Source of the DNA: Nemertoderma westbladi | Taxonomy: Eukaryota; Animalia; Xenacoelomorpha | Direction of reading: 5' to 3' | Length of the DNA: 64,000 nt | NCBI GenBank assembly: GCA_032718475.1 | Contig: JAUCBJ010008553.1 | Span: forward strand, 1 to 64,000 | In this document: positions 24,701 to 35,500 of the stretch, piece by piece | How positions within the stretch are numbered: position 1 is the stretch's first letter | Layout of the letters: each line of letters begins with the position of its first letter | Notes under the pieces: generated by a model | Seen by the model: the letters and a program-made list of their open reading frames with translations, nothing else | Databases searched by the model: none | What the model was told of the DNA's origin: nothing | Made by a program: the position numbers and the translations under genes

Positions 24701-26016
24701 TTCGCAACGTGGATAGCCAATTCAAAGACCGCGCTTTGACCAAGCTCAGCTTAAGAGACTCGGCTGCGGAGAAGTTAGATAGCGCTGGATTTGCTATTTT
24801 CAAAGACATTTGTATAATAAACCTGCACTCCTCTGTTATCCAAAGACCTCGAATCCCCACAGGTTATTCTGTCGTGGAAATTCAGACGGTAGGTCCACTT
24901 GAGGAGACGGCCATGCCTACCTCAACTATACAAGGGGAAGACGAACCCATATGTTTAGAATCTGAAGAGATTCAGCCCCCCACGTCTCGGAGTAGCGATA
25001 GCGACTACATATTGGAATGGTATCAAGGTCCACAGTGTCTTACTGCGTATGATTATCGCCATGCCAATTATGTTTCTCGACAACGTTGTCGGCTGTGCGC
25101 ATCGAGAGACCATATTACGTCTATGGACACCAACGATCTCTGTTCCTATTTCCACGAGCAACCGTCGATGGAAATCTATTGTGCATATTGTCGGCTTAAT
25201 AATTTGCACATTTTTGCTGTCTGCCCCCAATTTATGACTCAATGCCATCATTGTCAATTAAAAGGACACGCCAGCTTTGATTGTCCCTTTAATCATGATT
25301 TAGAGAGCGTAGACGAAATGATTGTACTACGTTATATCAGAGCTTGGGAAGCGAACGCTGATTTACATTGTGATTCACGCCATCGCTATTACCCTGGACG
25401 CGCTTACGAAGGAGTTTATGCGTTCCATCCTTATTTGTTTGCCTCCGTCGAGCAGAAATCACGCCTATCAAGTTATGAACTATTGAAGCGCGTTGGAGAA
25501 TGTATTTCAACTAAATATGTACACAAATTCCTCAGGAGCATTAATCCGAGTGACATCCATTCTTACAACTTAATAAACTTTATCCGTCAAGACCCTGCCT
25601 ATGGAGACTTATTTGTCAACTCACACCCCGAGTTACAGGAAGTATATCGACGGCCTTACGAGTACCGAGCCCGCGAACGCGAGTTGGAAAGAACCATTAA
25701 ACCAAGGAAGTTTCTAACTACCTATGGTCCACCCACGGCCCTCGTGCAGACCACTCGTACAGGACCCGTAAGAGCGGCTGTCTTGAAACGAGCTCTCAAA
25801 GCCGTTAGACCCCTCTCCCCGGACGTTGATGTCAATCAACCCGGTACTTCGACCGGCGGATATACCGATCGTAATCCCATACCTTCTGATGCAATCATAT
25901 TGCACCCTTCACCCAGGAGTTATAGCCCTCCTCGTAAAGTGGCTCGCCCCAAAGAGAAAAGGACTCTTGCTAGCTTTAAAAAACTGCGTAAACGCCGTCC
26001 GCGCAAGAAAGACTAA
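21763..26016 (+). CDS. ORF3, 1417 aa: DEDDy-like 3'-5' exonuclease domain + three CCHC-type zinc knuckles + basic C-terminal tail; not env
   Basis: Uninterrupted 4.2-kb ORF inside the LTRs. ExoI VVTYDNEG (D718/E720), LPQPVLEMLFNERIIKIGSAVYGD (D819), FVDTQLIA, SIGHLAFQEYG and an ExoIII-like PLRPSLAIYTIFE. CHHCQLKGHASFDC knuckle, ends KKLRKRRPRKKD. No signal peptide or TM segment seen. Confidence 0.85.
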   Translation: MTELIEDDLGIRERYTLPLQAFVDSLIRGEADPTITEDDGRYIEPPMSQEQLTRELDYRKFTARYTNRNGTYMDFLTTGHPTDLHDTEDVDTEREMVLFKYHAQRNRNDKPRIEHENSIRNLLDRENVEEPDKRINFNDYLEFLRETYLNIASQQNLETRYPQGIHHDPMVELKRLYFTMMYLTADRPLPVVPDSFEQMEEYCKTGDRSPAFPLQDVRLWYYCDSCPRPNQQSERHKHLRRRCAKHSFTRYTYGSFERNLFDVSPTIARLKRSLNKPMIRVPEYSVRPPHFPVRPQTLDPNSITDPPELYSLFKDLVLPEQLIGDVPSVGSLDIRPSYLTGLGRGHLTSPFNPYNRPGLTPIQPATEVEESVIRNALDAIRQKIGKGTQDFLEKRKLQQQVQSVKELALPQFDREIQNLEEDIKLGRTYSLQEFLEERLQKQAEENQLEEKHTEMDEREEAALAQPEAQILITDLYSKTVRHPSMVPHFGDKLFAKIQPQPVDISIRSQNLIADAPMLQRPPIEAARVDGILVEPPDNRADLVRRMVHDVNIRARPLQNSFYGIKDHPYYVNLTQYYMVKPEDPTHNLKFLPLINPLDIVELEQLQKHLDQLVKVNSFRKPYNVSRIEKDTEPPYNLDGFIKTRLVHWNLDVLFEEEKIQRYGNVETYTTRYMKYSDLPDANQCATLWHPVGMTLENATKEWNETLNIVEMYGVVTYDNEGSVPIGELGTTRMIHIRGLAGSTHVFTRACSDVIDYSFETLTETQKNLRHGQFELAQRYVIDTERKPAMGIDGSMLPQPVLEMLFNERIIKIGSAVYGDLQNDFQNMENIPYPFVDTQLIAPWAEGRGFFRTMYANASSDITKVQRTSIGHLAFQEYGWNFKVGNPINYQQVYGDHYSRLYFDGPLTAPGAVYSFMSVPLRPSLAIYTIFENTALSSWLADVCSRTIRAHPLILGTKLAKLDEHNKFIRFECFRRFLTPFRNVDSQFKDRALTKLSLRDSAAEKLDSAGFAIFKDICIINLHSSVIQRPRIPTGYSVVEIQTVGPLEETAMPTSTIQGEDEPICLESEEIQPPTSRSSDSDYILEWYQGPQCLTAYDYRHANYVSRQRCRLCASRDHITSMDTNDLCSYFHEQPSMEIYCAYCRLNNLHIFAVCPQFMTQCHHCQLKGHASFDCPFNHDLESVDEMIVLRYIRAWEANADLHCDSRHRYYPGRAYEGVYAFHPYLFASVEQKSRLSSYELLKRVGECISTKYVHKFLRSINPSDIHSYNLINFIRQDPAYGDLFVNSHPELQEVYRRPYEYRARERELERTIKPRKFLTTYGPPTALVQTTRTGPVRAAVLKRALKAVRPLSPDVDVNQPGTSTGGYTDRNPIPSDAIILHPSPRSYSPPRKVARPKEKRTLASFKKLRKRRPRKKD

Positions 26017-26086
26017 CTGTTTAGAGTATTTTTATATTTTAGAAACTGTGATTTTGTATATTTTATAGACTTAAATCCCATTTTCT

Positions 26087-26094
26087 GGGAGCGG
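26087..26094 (+). promoter_or_regulatory. Polypurine tract (plus-strand primer)
   Basis: GGGAGCGG lies immediately 5' of the TGT start of the 3' LTR. Confidence 0.7.
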
Positions 26095-27292
26095 TGTAAA
26101 AGCTTTTGTGGGATAACTGATTCGTTTGCCTTGCTGGCCAGTTCCCCCCCGGTCGCTAGAATACTCTAAAAGGGATCTATAGGTAAAATAGTGCAAGCTA
26201 CCAGCTTATTGGCTGATGGGCTGTACGAGAGTATCTGGGTTCTGTTCGATCGGCCAACCAGCTTAGGGAGGTTGCCTTAGCCCTGCTGTCCGTATCGGCC
26301 AATAGAATTTGAGTGGGCGTTGATTTTGACCTATCCCAGAGCTACTGAACTGAATTTTCCTATCTCACTGCTCATCCTCTGTGTTGGACGGGAGCTTCGG
26401 GGAATAAGGGTAGTTGGTATCCTCGTATAGTCAGGTAGTCATATGATTTTATATGATTCTGTTGTTGTGTTCCCATTTTCGCCATAACACCGGCTTTTTG
26501 GGAAGAACTCTAGTAAAACTGCTTAAATTATCGAAAGTATGACTGTTATCTAACTCAATCGACTTATCTGATCTAATTAACTCACTATTAATCATATTGT
26601 TTGTACTGTTATTTACCGTCAGTTATTAATTGTATCTATTTGTTGATGGAAATATTGCTCTTTGGAGAATACGGATAAATCACCCAAAATTCCCAATTTT
26701 CTTGATACACTACAGGTTAGAGAGACGGGCTATATATAACAATTGCGATTTATATTAATGTGGTGTGTATTGAATCTAATGTTATTTAGCAGACCCTACA
26801 TGAGTCAATTGCTGCTCTCTTTATGTGTGATCAAATTTACTGACGGTCGGCAGAATAGTGTGTATGATTGTGATTGGTAACAAAGCATTTCCTAAAGAAT
26901 GCGCCTTATACTTTAATCATAAGCAGTATCGTTGCGTTTAGTATAAGTCCTAGTTCTGTTTAAATAGATAGAGCGCCACGTCCTAAAGGAACTGTTAATA
27001 TTTCCCGAAAGCCAATAATATCTGTCAGAAATTAATTAATAACGATCAATCGAATAATACAATAGGTTTACACTGCAACCTTACACTGCAATAATAAAAT
27101 TTAAGCAGCCGAATTCAGCCTCCCGGGTGTAGATCCATCGGGTGAATGATCGCGCATGGGCTGGCTTCGGGTAATGTTTTGTTTATTAGCATAAAATATT
27201 GTCGTATGCTAAAGGTGTTTTAATTAACTAAAAGACATATAAATTTTGGCAGGTTAAACTGCTAAAGGTCTTCAAAAGCGCGAACAATAACA
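26095..27292 (+). repeat. 3' LTR (1198 bp)
   Basis: Same as the 5' LTR. By eye only one substitution was seen (G8596 vs T26325). Confidence 0.95.
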
Positions 27293-28329
27293 GCATAAAG
27301 TCTGGTATACTTCACATGGGGGTAACTGAAAAGTGAAATATAACGGCATAAAGTCTGGTATACTTCACCATTACTTTTGTTGCTAATTTAGTCTTAGAAA
27401 GTCTTTCTATATCACTAAAAGTTTGAAAGAAAGTATTTCGACAAAAAATATAATAATATTAAATAGTAGTGCATTTAATAATAAATGAACGTATAAATTA
27501 TACTTTCTTTTACTGTTTTTTTTTAATTTGATTGAGAAAAGGCAAAATTTCAGATAAAATTAGCTGCTATTAACTTAAAAACAAAACAAAACTAAATCTA
27601 GCTTAAAAATGATCTATGTAGGCCGACTATTTATTATTAAAAAGCTTTATTGTTAAACTCCAACTCCAGCCACTAAACTGTCCTTGAGTAAAGCTCTAAG
27701 TGAATATAATAGGCTGAATAACTCCAACCAATCAAAATAAGGCCCTTACACAGACAAACAATGCTGCAGTTAACAAGTATTATTGGTCTTTCCTGAATAG
27801 TGGCTATTGTGTACTTCATTTTTAATGTAAGTTAAGCCAAGATCTTTCTAATATTCGTTATTGTCGGTAGGCTGTTCCAAATTCCCCATTTATAGGGCCC
27901 AAATTTCCACGAGTATATTTATTCCCTTTATAAAGATAATAGGTGCCCATATTAGTGCAGTAGTATTGCCTCAACTGCAACGATGATATTGAAGTTAACA
28001 CATGCGGCATATGTAGGCCTTTCGAATATAATAAGGCCCATGTGAAGTATACCATACTGTTATATTTCACTTCCCAGTATACACCCATGTTAAGAATACA
28101 AGATATTCACTACAAACCCAGAAGGGATGAATCTAACAAAAACAATAAACGAATTAGTATCTGTACAGGTTGTAAGGAAGGAACAAAACACTTAATAAGG
28201 ATAAATTTAATAAAATACAAATTACATAGATATTATATAAATACATAACACATCATAATATATAAAATTCCTGGAAAAGTCAACCGAAAAATAAAGACCT
28301 GGTATTCTTCACAAGGGGGAATTGGCACT

Positions 28330-30610
28330 GTTTATACAAAAATATATATAATTATACTGGCAGACCTTTTAATTGCTGGCAAACATTTTAATTATACTGG
28401 CACACCTTTTAATCAATCTTGAACATATTTTAATTAAAATGACACACCTTTTAATTAAACTGGCACATGTTTTTAAATACTGGCACACATTTTAATTATA
28501 ATGGCACACCTTTAATTATAATGTTAATCAATCTGGCACACTTTCTAATTAAAATGACACACCTTTTAATTAAACTGGCGCATCTTTTTAAGTACTGGCA
28601 CACATTTTAATCATAATGGCACACCTTTTAATTATAATGGCACATCTTTTAATCAATCTGGAACACCTTTTAATTAAACTGGCACATATTTTTAAATATA
28701 CTGGCACACCATTTAATTAATGGCACATCATTTAATCAATCTGGAACACCTTTTAATTAAACTGGCACATCTTTTTAAATATACTGGCACACATTTAAAT
28801 TATAATGACAGGCACACCTTTTAATTATAATGGCACATCTTTTAATTTATCTGGAACACCTTTTAATTAGCCCTATATTAATTAGCGCTATAAAATGTTG
28901 TACAAATCCCGGGGGGGGGGGGGGTGTCATATTGAACCCCCCCCCCCCCCCCAAAATCTACAAATTTTATTTAAAAAGTCTGATTTATTTTGTTTGTACG
29001 TAAATCTCACTAGTCTGAATCCAAACGAAAAAAAATTTTCGAAAACATTAAATGGGGTGGTTATTTTGCAGCACCAATTTATTAAGTAAGTGAACAATTT
29101 TCACAAAATTTGAAAGTTACAATTTTCAGCTAATCGTTTTTCAATATAGGTTTTCTGGGGCGCTGAATTCATTGGATGATATTTAAAAAGATTGGATTAC
29201 TATAAATGGCTGTTTTAGTCCTCTGCGTAGACAAAAAATGAAAAAAACAAGTAACCAGCACTTTTCAGTTAGAACACAAAATTTTTAATTCTCTTATACG
29301 ATGCTATAAATTCACATTTTTAGGTTTTCTGGGGCGCTGATTCTAATGGAATACATTTCTAATAGGCAAGATCATTGCTAATCGTATTTTTCGGCGTAGT
29401 ATGGCAAATTGTGGTGCTAGCACCAAATTTCGTACCTGTTTTTATTGATTCCATCAGATTCAGGACCCTCATAAACACGGATAACGCAAGAAACAAGATG
29501 ATACTATCTATTGATCGAATTTGCTTCTTTTTAAAAATTTGGTGCTAGCACACAAATCCCCGAAAAATACAAGTTTGAGAATTCTTATGGAATTTTTACT
29601 TATTCCATTGAATTCAGAACCCCCACAAACCCGTAAAACGCAAGTGACAACCTTACACATACACAATAGTGTCATCAGTTGTCTAGATATATAATTATGT
29701 ATTCCATCGAAGTCAGAACCCCTATAAACCTCTAAAATGCGAGAAATAATTTGTCACAATCAATTGAACTATTGAATGATTTTCTAAATTTCGTGGTGGC
29801 ACCAAATTTTGCCCACCGCACCGAAACATACAAGTTTGATGTGCCTAGTGCGAATCTTATATATTCCATCGAAACGAGAACCCTAAAATCCCCTATTGCG
29901 CAAAAAACAGGTTCAAACAATCACTTTACAAAATTGAAATATTTCAAAATTTGGCGCTGGTACTAAAATTTGGCACCCGCCGAAAAAAAAAGGTTTGAAA
30001 TTTCTAGCACATTTTATATGAATTCCATCTATAGCGAACATCAAAAAAACCGGTGTAAATCAAGAATATATCTTGCAAATCGTATTTCATGAAATATAAT
30101 TTTCAAAAAAACGTCTCAAAGTAGAGCCAAAAGTAGGGATAAAAAATGGTGCTATATAACTCGAAAAGTTCCCAATATTTTTAAAAACTGTTTTCACTAT
30201 TAGGAAGACAATACGGTAGATTTTTAGGAAAAGTCATAAAATTTCAGATTTCCAGCTCCGTTTGTTTAGAGTTATAACAATAAAAACCACATGGGTGGAG
30301 GGGGGGGGGGGGGGGGGGGGGGTGGGGGGGGGGGGGGGTGTCATATTGACTTCCACAGCCACACCCCCTGGGTTTAATAGGGTTAAACATCTTTTAAATA
30401 TACTGTGACATTTTTTAATCAAACTGGAACACTTCATTAAAATGGTACTTATTTACTTATACAGTATTTACTAATTACTTTTACTTATAACTTTTAATTA
30501 AACTGGAATACCATTTAATTAAGCTGACACACCTTATAATTAAACTGGCCTATCTTATATGTAATTAAACTGGCACACATATTAATCAAACTGGCACAAA
30601 ATTAATTATG
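28330..30610. repeat. Degenerate ~22-bp minisatellite (TTTTAATTAAACTGGCACACC-like), interrupted by a MITE
   Basis: Recurrent CTGGCACAC/TTTAATT motifs at 28330-28870 and 30387-30610. Confidence 0.75.
28871..30382 (-). mobile_element. Non-autonomous CCC-terminal DNA transposon (piggyBac-like MITE, family B)
   Basis: Ends CCCTAT... and ...TAATAGGG|TTAA, with subterminal G-run/TGTCATATTGA/C-run motifs. Internal sequence is the reverse complement of 41917-43094. Confidence 0.75.
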
Positions 30611-32348
30611 GTTTTATGGGAACAATTAATATACACAAAAAAAATTTAAGTTTTCAAATTTCCTGAGCAGCAAGCAAACATTTTCCGTGACTTCATTCCT
30701 GATATTCAAATTTGGCGATGTTGTTCCTGTCTGTAAGCCTGTCAGTCTGTCCGTCAAAATATAACCGACAGCCTGACAGCCAAACAGACAATTTGGAAGT
30801 CATCAAATGTTAAAATTGACACTCGAAATTGATTCTGCGACCCTGGAAACCACAAGAGCTAAACCTTTAGCTTGGAGATCTGCCCTTTCCTTACATTTCA
30901 CGGACAGATTGTCGGATAGTCAGAAAGACCGTCAGACAGACAAACAGACTAAATAGATTTCATTAAAAGTGAAAACTGACCTTAAAAATGAAATCAGCGA
31001 CCAGGAAAACCCCCATAGCTAAAATCTTAGCATGGATTTGTGCTTTCGTGTTGCTAGATGTATATTGACAGACATTATCACATATTAAAACAGACAGTTT
31101 TTGCGCGGGAAGGTTTATACTTCAAAGGCAATAATCCTGGAATTACATTTTTTCACACAAAACACACTACTCCTCCGCCATTTCTTAACCTTTTTTTTGT
31201 GATTTTTGATTTTTATGAAAGGAAATTAAATAAGCTTTAATATTCTTCGGCCACTTTTTTTAATTTCACAATATTTCCGCGTCTTTTTCACGAAAAAACA
31301 TAAAAAACATGGATTTTTTCAATTTTTAAAAATGTTGAGTTTTTTTTCACAAAATTACCAATTATCAGAAATAGAAAATGAAAATAAAAAAGTGGGCGAA
31401 GAACATGATGAAATTTAACATGCTAGTTCCAAAAAATGTGGTATCGAAAAATGAAGATGGGAAATAACGGAGAAGTTAGTCTTTTTAGCGAAATTTTTTA
31501 AATCTTACCCCAGCCGCTAGGGGGCTCTAAAAAATTTTTTTTCAAATATTGATTTACTTTAGTTAATTCTCTTATTCGATGGTATATAGTTTTCTTCGCA
31601 TTTTCAACCGAATTGTAGATAAACAAATGAGAAAAACACTAGGGGGGGGGGGGGGGGGTGGTTAACTGATTAGCCCCCCCCCCCCCCCTTAATATTACCA
31701 ATTAATACCTGTAATATTCTTACCGATTTTATCACATGTAAAGAAAGCATGTGCTTTCGATGTGCTAAATAAAAATTATAGAAACAATTGTTTATACGGG
31801 TTTAGAAAAAAGCTCACCAGTGGCCAACCCTGGCCATATAATTAATGCGTGTCAGAACAGAAAGAACAGCAGTGTCTATGAGCCGTGCGGATCGTATCTG
31901 AACTCAGATCAGGTTCTAGAGCATCCTTCACACACTTTCTCCTTCACACCTTCACATGGAACTTCATGTCTCTTCCGTGTAGAAAAATTTGCGCGCGCGA
32001 CATGGAAGTTTTGCCAGCGCTGTCCGTTATGGGCTTCCGTATAGAGTGTCTCCACAGTCGCACGTTATTCTAACCAAAATTAAAACTTGAAGTTTTAATA
32101 ACGAGCAGAAGTACTGTTAATATTGACACAACGTATTGACAATTAAATTATAATATAATAAAAATTAAATTAAACGCACTGCAACACCAAAGATATTTTT
32201 AAACAAGCCCTATTATTTTTTCATATTTTGTAATAATACTGAATATTAGTATTACACGCATTGGCTCCATAATGCATTAATAATTCAAACGCTTTTATTC
32301 GGTGTAAACAATTATTCCCGTGTAATGTATCATTTACAAATTCCTATG

Positions 32349-32583
32349 TTACAGTGCTTTATTTGGTGGGGGGCACCTGCCCCTGTGGCACTTGAGACCC
32401 CTGGCGTACCATTCGATTTGGTCCAATAATCTCCTAGCGTTGGATTCGTAACGTATCTTCCATTTTCCGTCAACCGGTTCTCCGTCTGTATTCAAGGAGT
32501 CCTGGACACTGGGACAGCCCATTATCTCGGACACAGAGAGACATCCATGGTGGCCTGTGAGCGCTCGCATCTGCATCGCTGCC
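32349..32583 (-). CDS. FMN reductase exon 4
   Basis: TTTCAG acceptor; reads AAMQMR...LLDQIEWYARGLK...stop. Confidence 0.9.
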
Positions 32584-35500
32584 CTGAAATACAATTTGTT
32601 TTCGTTTCTTAGTTTTGAGCATACTGTAATTGGTGTCGCCAATCCGAAATATTTATCGAACACAAATAACATGTTTCGCTTCGAAAACGACAAACGTTAT
32701 TCTAAAGTTATACATTTATGTAGCAAAGTATCTCACCTAATTCTATACCAGGCCTTCGCACAATACGATATTAGGCAGCATAATAATTATAGGACGTGTA
32801 TAATGTATCAGTTTATAACTCTCCAGTAGAGGCGAATAACATATTACATTACAGATATGGAGCTGTGCATTCATTAGCAAAGTAAATAGACTACAGTTAC
32901 CGTTCTAGGCAACTAAAAACAACGAAGCTGAACCTGAATTGTTTTTCCGTCACCATGGTTACTTGTATAAATATTATTCCCAATATTATTATTATAATTA
33001 TTCAATTAGGCCTCTGCAACAGCTACCTGCCATATTGAGCTCTCTACCTAGAGCATGACAGAAAGTTGAATCTATAGGGCCTACAGCTGTAATATATGTT
33101 TGTTCCGAGTCCCGTAAATACATACAATAGTTTGCACCATACGGATAAATATATTGACTACTAGCTAGACCAAGACAAACCAGTGCCGATTCAAACAACT
33201 GCAAACGTTTAATATTTGGCTAAATTCTTACTGTGTGGGTAAAATAATGCGATAAAATATGATTGATCTGTAAAATTCTATTATGAAATTTGAGTAATTA
33301 TTACTACAATGACAATTATGTTTTATATGCAGTTTTTAATAATGAATGAATGAATGAATGAATGAATGAATGAATGAAACACAATTCTGAAACACTCGTA
33401 TCAGTTCTGTAATACGTTCTTTATATTATTTAGAATGATACAATCTCAATTATTCAAAAAAGTGAAAAGGAAATATACAAATCGTATTTGAGACTCAAGC
33501 GGTTCATATACATAAATACCGGTAAATTAATGTTCAGAATACCTCATCGGTACATTTACTTTTGAGACGCATTTTTATTTATTTACATAATTTCTTACCG
33601 GTATATAATACCGGTATGAGCGCTATTTAAAATGTAAAATGTTCTGTAAATAAATCACGTACGAACCTCATTCCGCCAAATATTCCACTGGAATAACAAA
33701 CAATCCCACTGGGTTTGTAAGTCCATCCCTCCATTCCGAAATGGTCGACTAAGTTTTTCATAGCGGAAGGAATACAATGGTTGTATTCGCCACAAATAAA
33801 AATAAAAGCGTCGCAGGACTTTATTTCGTCGTTGATTTTGACCAGCCAAGAAGGTGCTTCCGATATATCCCTACAAAGAATAGGGAGTAAAGAGGTTGTT
33901 ATTATTATTATTATTATCGTACATGAAACAATAACCTTACAATTATTGCACAGTACATACCTAACTACAGACACTCTAGCACAAAAAAAAGAAAAATAAT
34001 TAAAGTAAGTAGAACAATAATAATAAACAACAATAAGGTTATTCATTTTATTACCGAGAGCGAGAGTTTTTGTACTGGATATGTACATCTCTGTATGCCA
34101 ATATATATGACTATATATATGTACTCTACAGACTTAACTTTCCAATTTAAACAGGGATTAAATATAATATATGTATGTTCCTTACGTATGAATACTCACT
34201 CCATAGCGAAAAATATTAACTGATCCTAATGGGCCACGAAGACCTGTCACGAAGACCTGTCACGGAGACCTGTCACGAAGACCTGTCACGGAGACCCGTC
34301 ACGGAGATCCGCCACGAAGACCTGTCACGAAGACCTGTCACGGAGACCTGTCACGGAGAGTTGTCACGGAGAGTTGTCACGGAGACCCGTCACGAAGACC
34401 TGTCACGAAGACGTGTCACGGTGACATGTCACGGAGACCTGTCACGGAGACCCGTCACGAACACTTGTCTCGAAGACGTGTCACGATGACCTGTCACGGA
34501 TACCTGTCACGGAGACCTGTCACGGAGAACCGTCACGAAGACCTGTCACGAAGACGTGTCACGATGACCTGTCACGGGGACCTGTCACGGAGACCCGTCA
34601 CGAAGACCTGTCGCGGAGACCTGTCACGGAGACCTGTTACGGAGACCTGTCACGGAGACCCGTCACGAAGACCTGTCTCGAAGACGTGTCACGATGACCT
34701 GTTACTCCGGTCAGGTACTGCTGTACTTCCTTTTGAGTGACTGATAAAAACATTAGATAGCTCACTCCATAGCGAATAGATTATCCATCCGTCTTGGTAG
34801 CTCCATAACCTAGGTAACGGTTCGAGCACCATTAGGGTCGGTTGATTGATGTATTTAATCCACCGTCACTACAACCCACAACAATTTATTTAATAAGATG
34901 ATTATTAAGAGATTATTTAATAAAATGGCTGTACGATAATGTATCATAGCCAGGTAGTGGTCCAAATTGACCGCAAGTGAAATTAAAAAATGTTCTAGGT
35001 ACGCCCCCTAGCTGAATTATAACATTAGATGTTAGAATTAACTTTAGTTGAGAAATTCGGAAGTTTCCTTACGTGTAATGGTGAAGCGGTTTCGTGAGAA
35101 CGGGAAAGTCTATTTCTTCCGGGTCGCAAACATAAACTTCTAAATTTCGTTTCTTTAGTTGAGCTTCGATAAATCTGCTAACTCTAAAATGTAATACAGA
35201 AATAAATAAGTTAATGAATATTATGTAATACCTACCTGTCTTGTATGATAAAACGATATTATAAGTCTTGTATGAAAATATTTAGAAATAATATTGTAGA
35301 TATACATACACTTATTTTTTAATATTGTATATTGACGGGAACTCAGCCCATTTTACATACTGTAGATATATTATACATACATATAGCACAATAATTGTAA
35401 TTGATTAGAAACATTACGTAATATCATACATATACGTCCTGTTGTTAATGGCTGCCAATGGGGATGATACAAGTTTAGGTTAGTTATTCTAGCAGTGTTT

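Larger units (their letters stand above)
8366..27292 (+). mobile_element. Full-length Bel/Pao (Belpaoviridae-type) LTR retrotransposon, ~18.9 kb, with an extra ORF3
   Basis: Two 1198-bp direct repeats with TGT...ACA termini. Gag has a DUF1759-like motif and triple Cys/His knuckle. Order is PR-RT-RNaseH(Peptidase A17-like)-IN, and there is a PPT before the 3' LTR. Confidence 0.96.

Noticed and set aside
12474-25905. Short ORFs overlapping or antisense to gag, pol and ORF3 (e.g. 13082-13573, 16849-17493)
   Set aside because: Shadow frames of long coding sequences; the FCFC repeat mirrors the EAEA repeat.
21763-26016. ORF3 as an envelope glycoprotein
   Set aside because: No signal peptide or TM anchor; it has nuclease-like motifs, zinc knuckles and a basic tail instead.
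30650-32100. Possible further degenerate DNA-transposon fragments (GACAG repeats, G-run/C-run hairpin at ~31640-31690)
   Set aside because: Termini and TSD could not be defined by eye.
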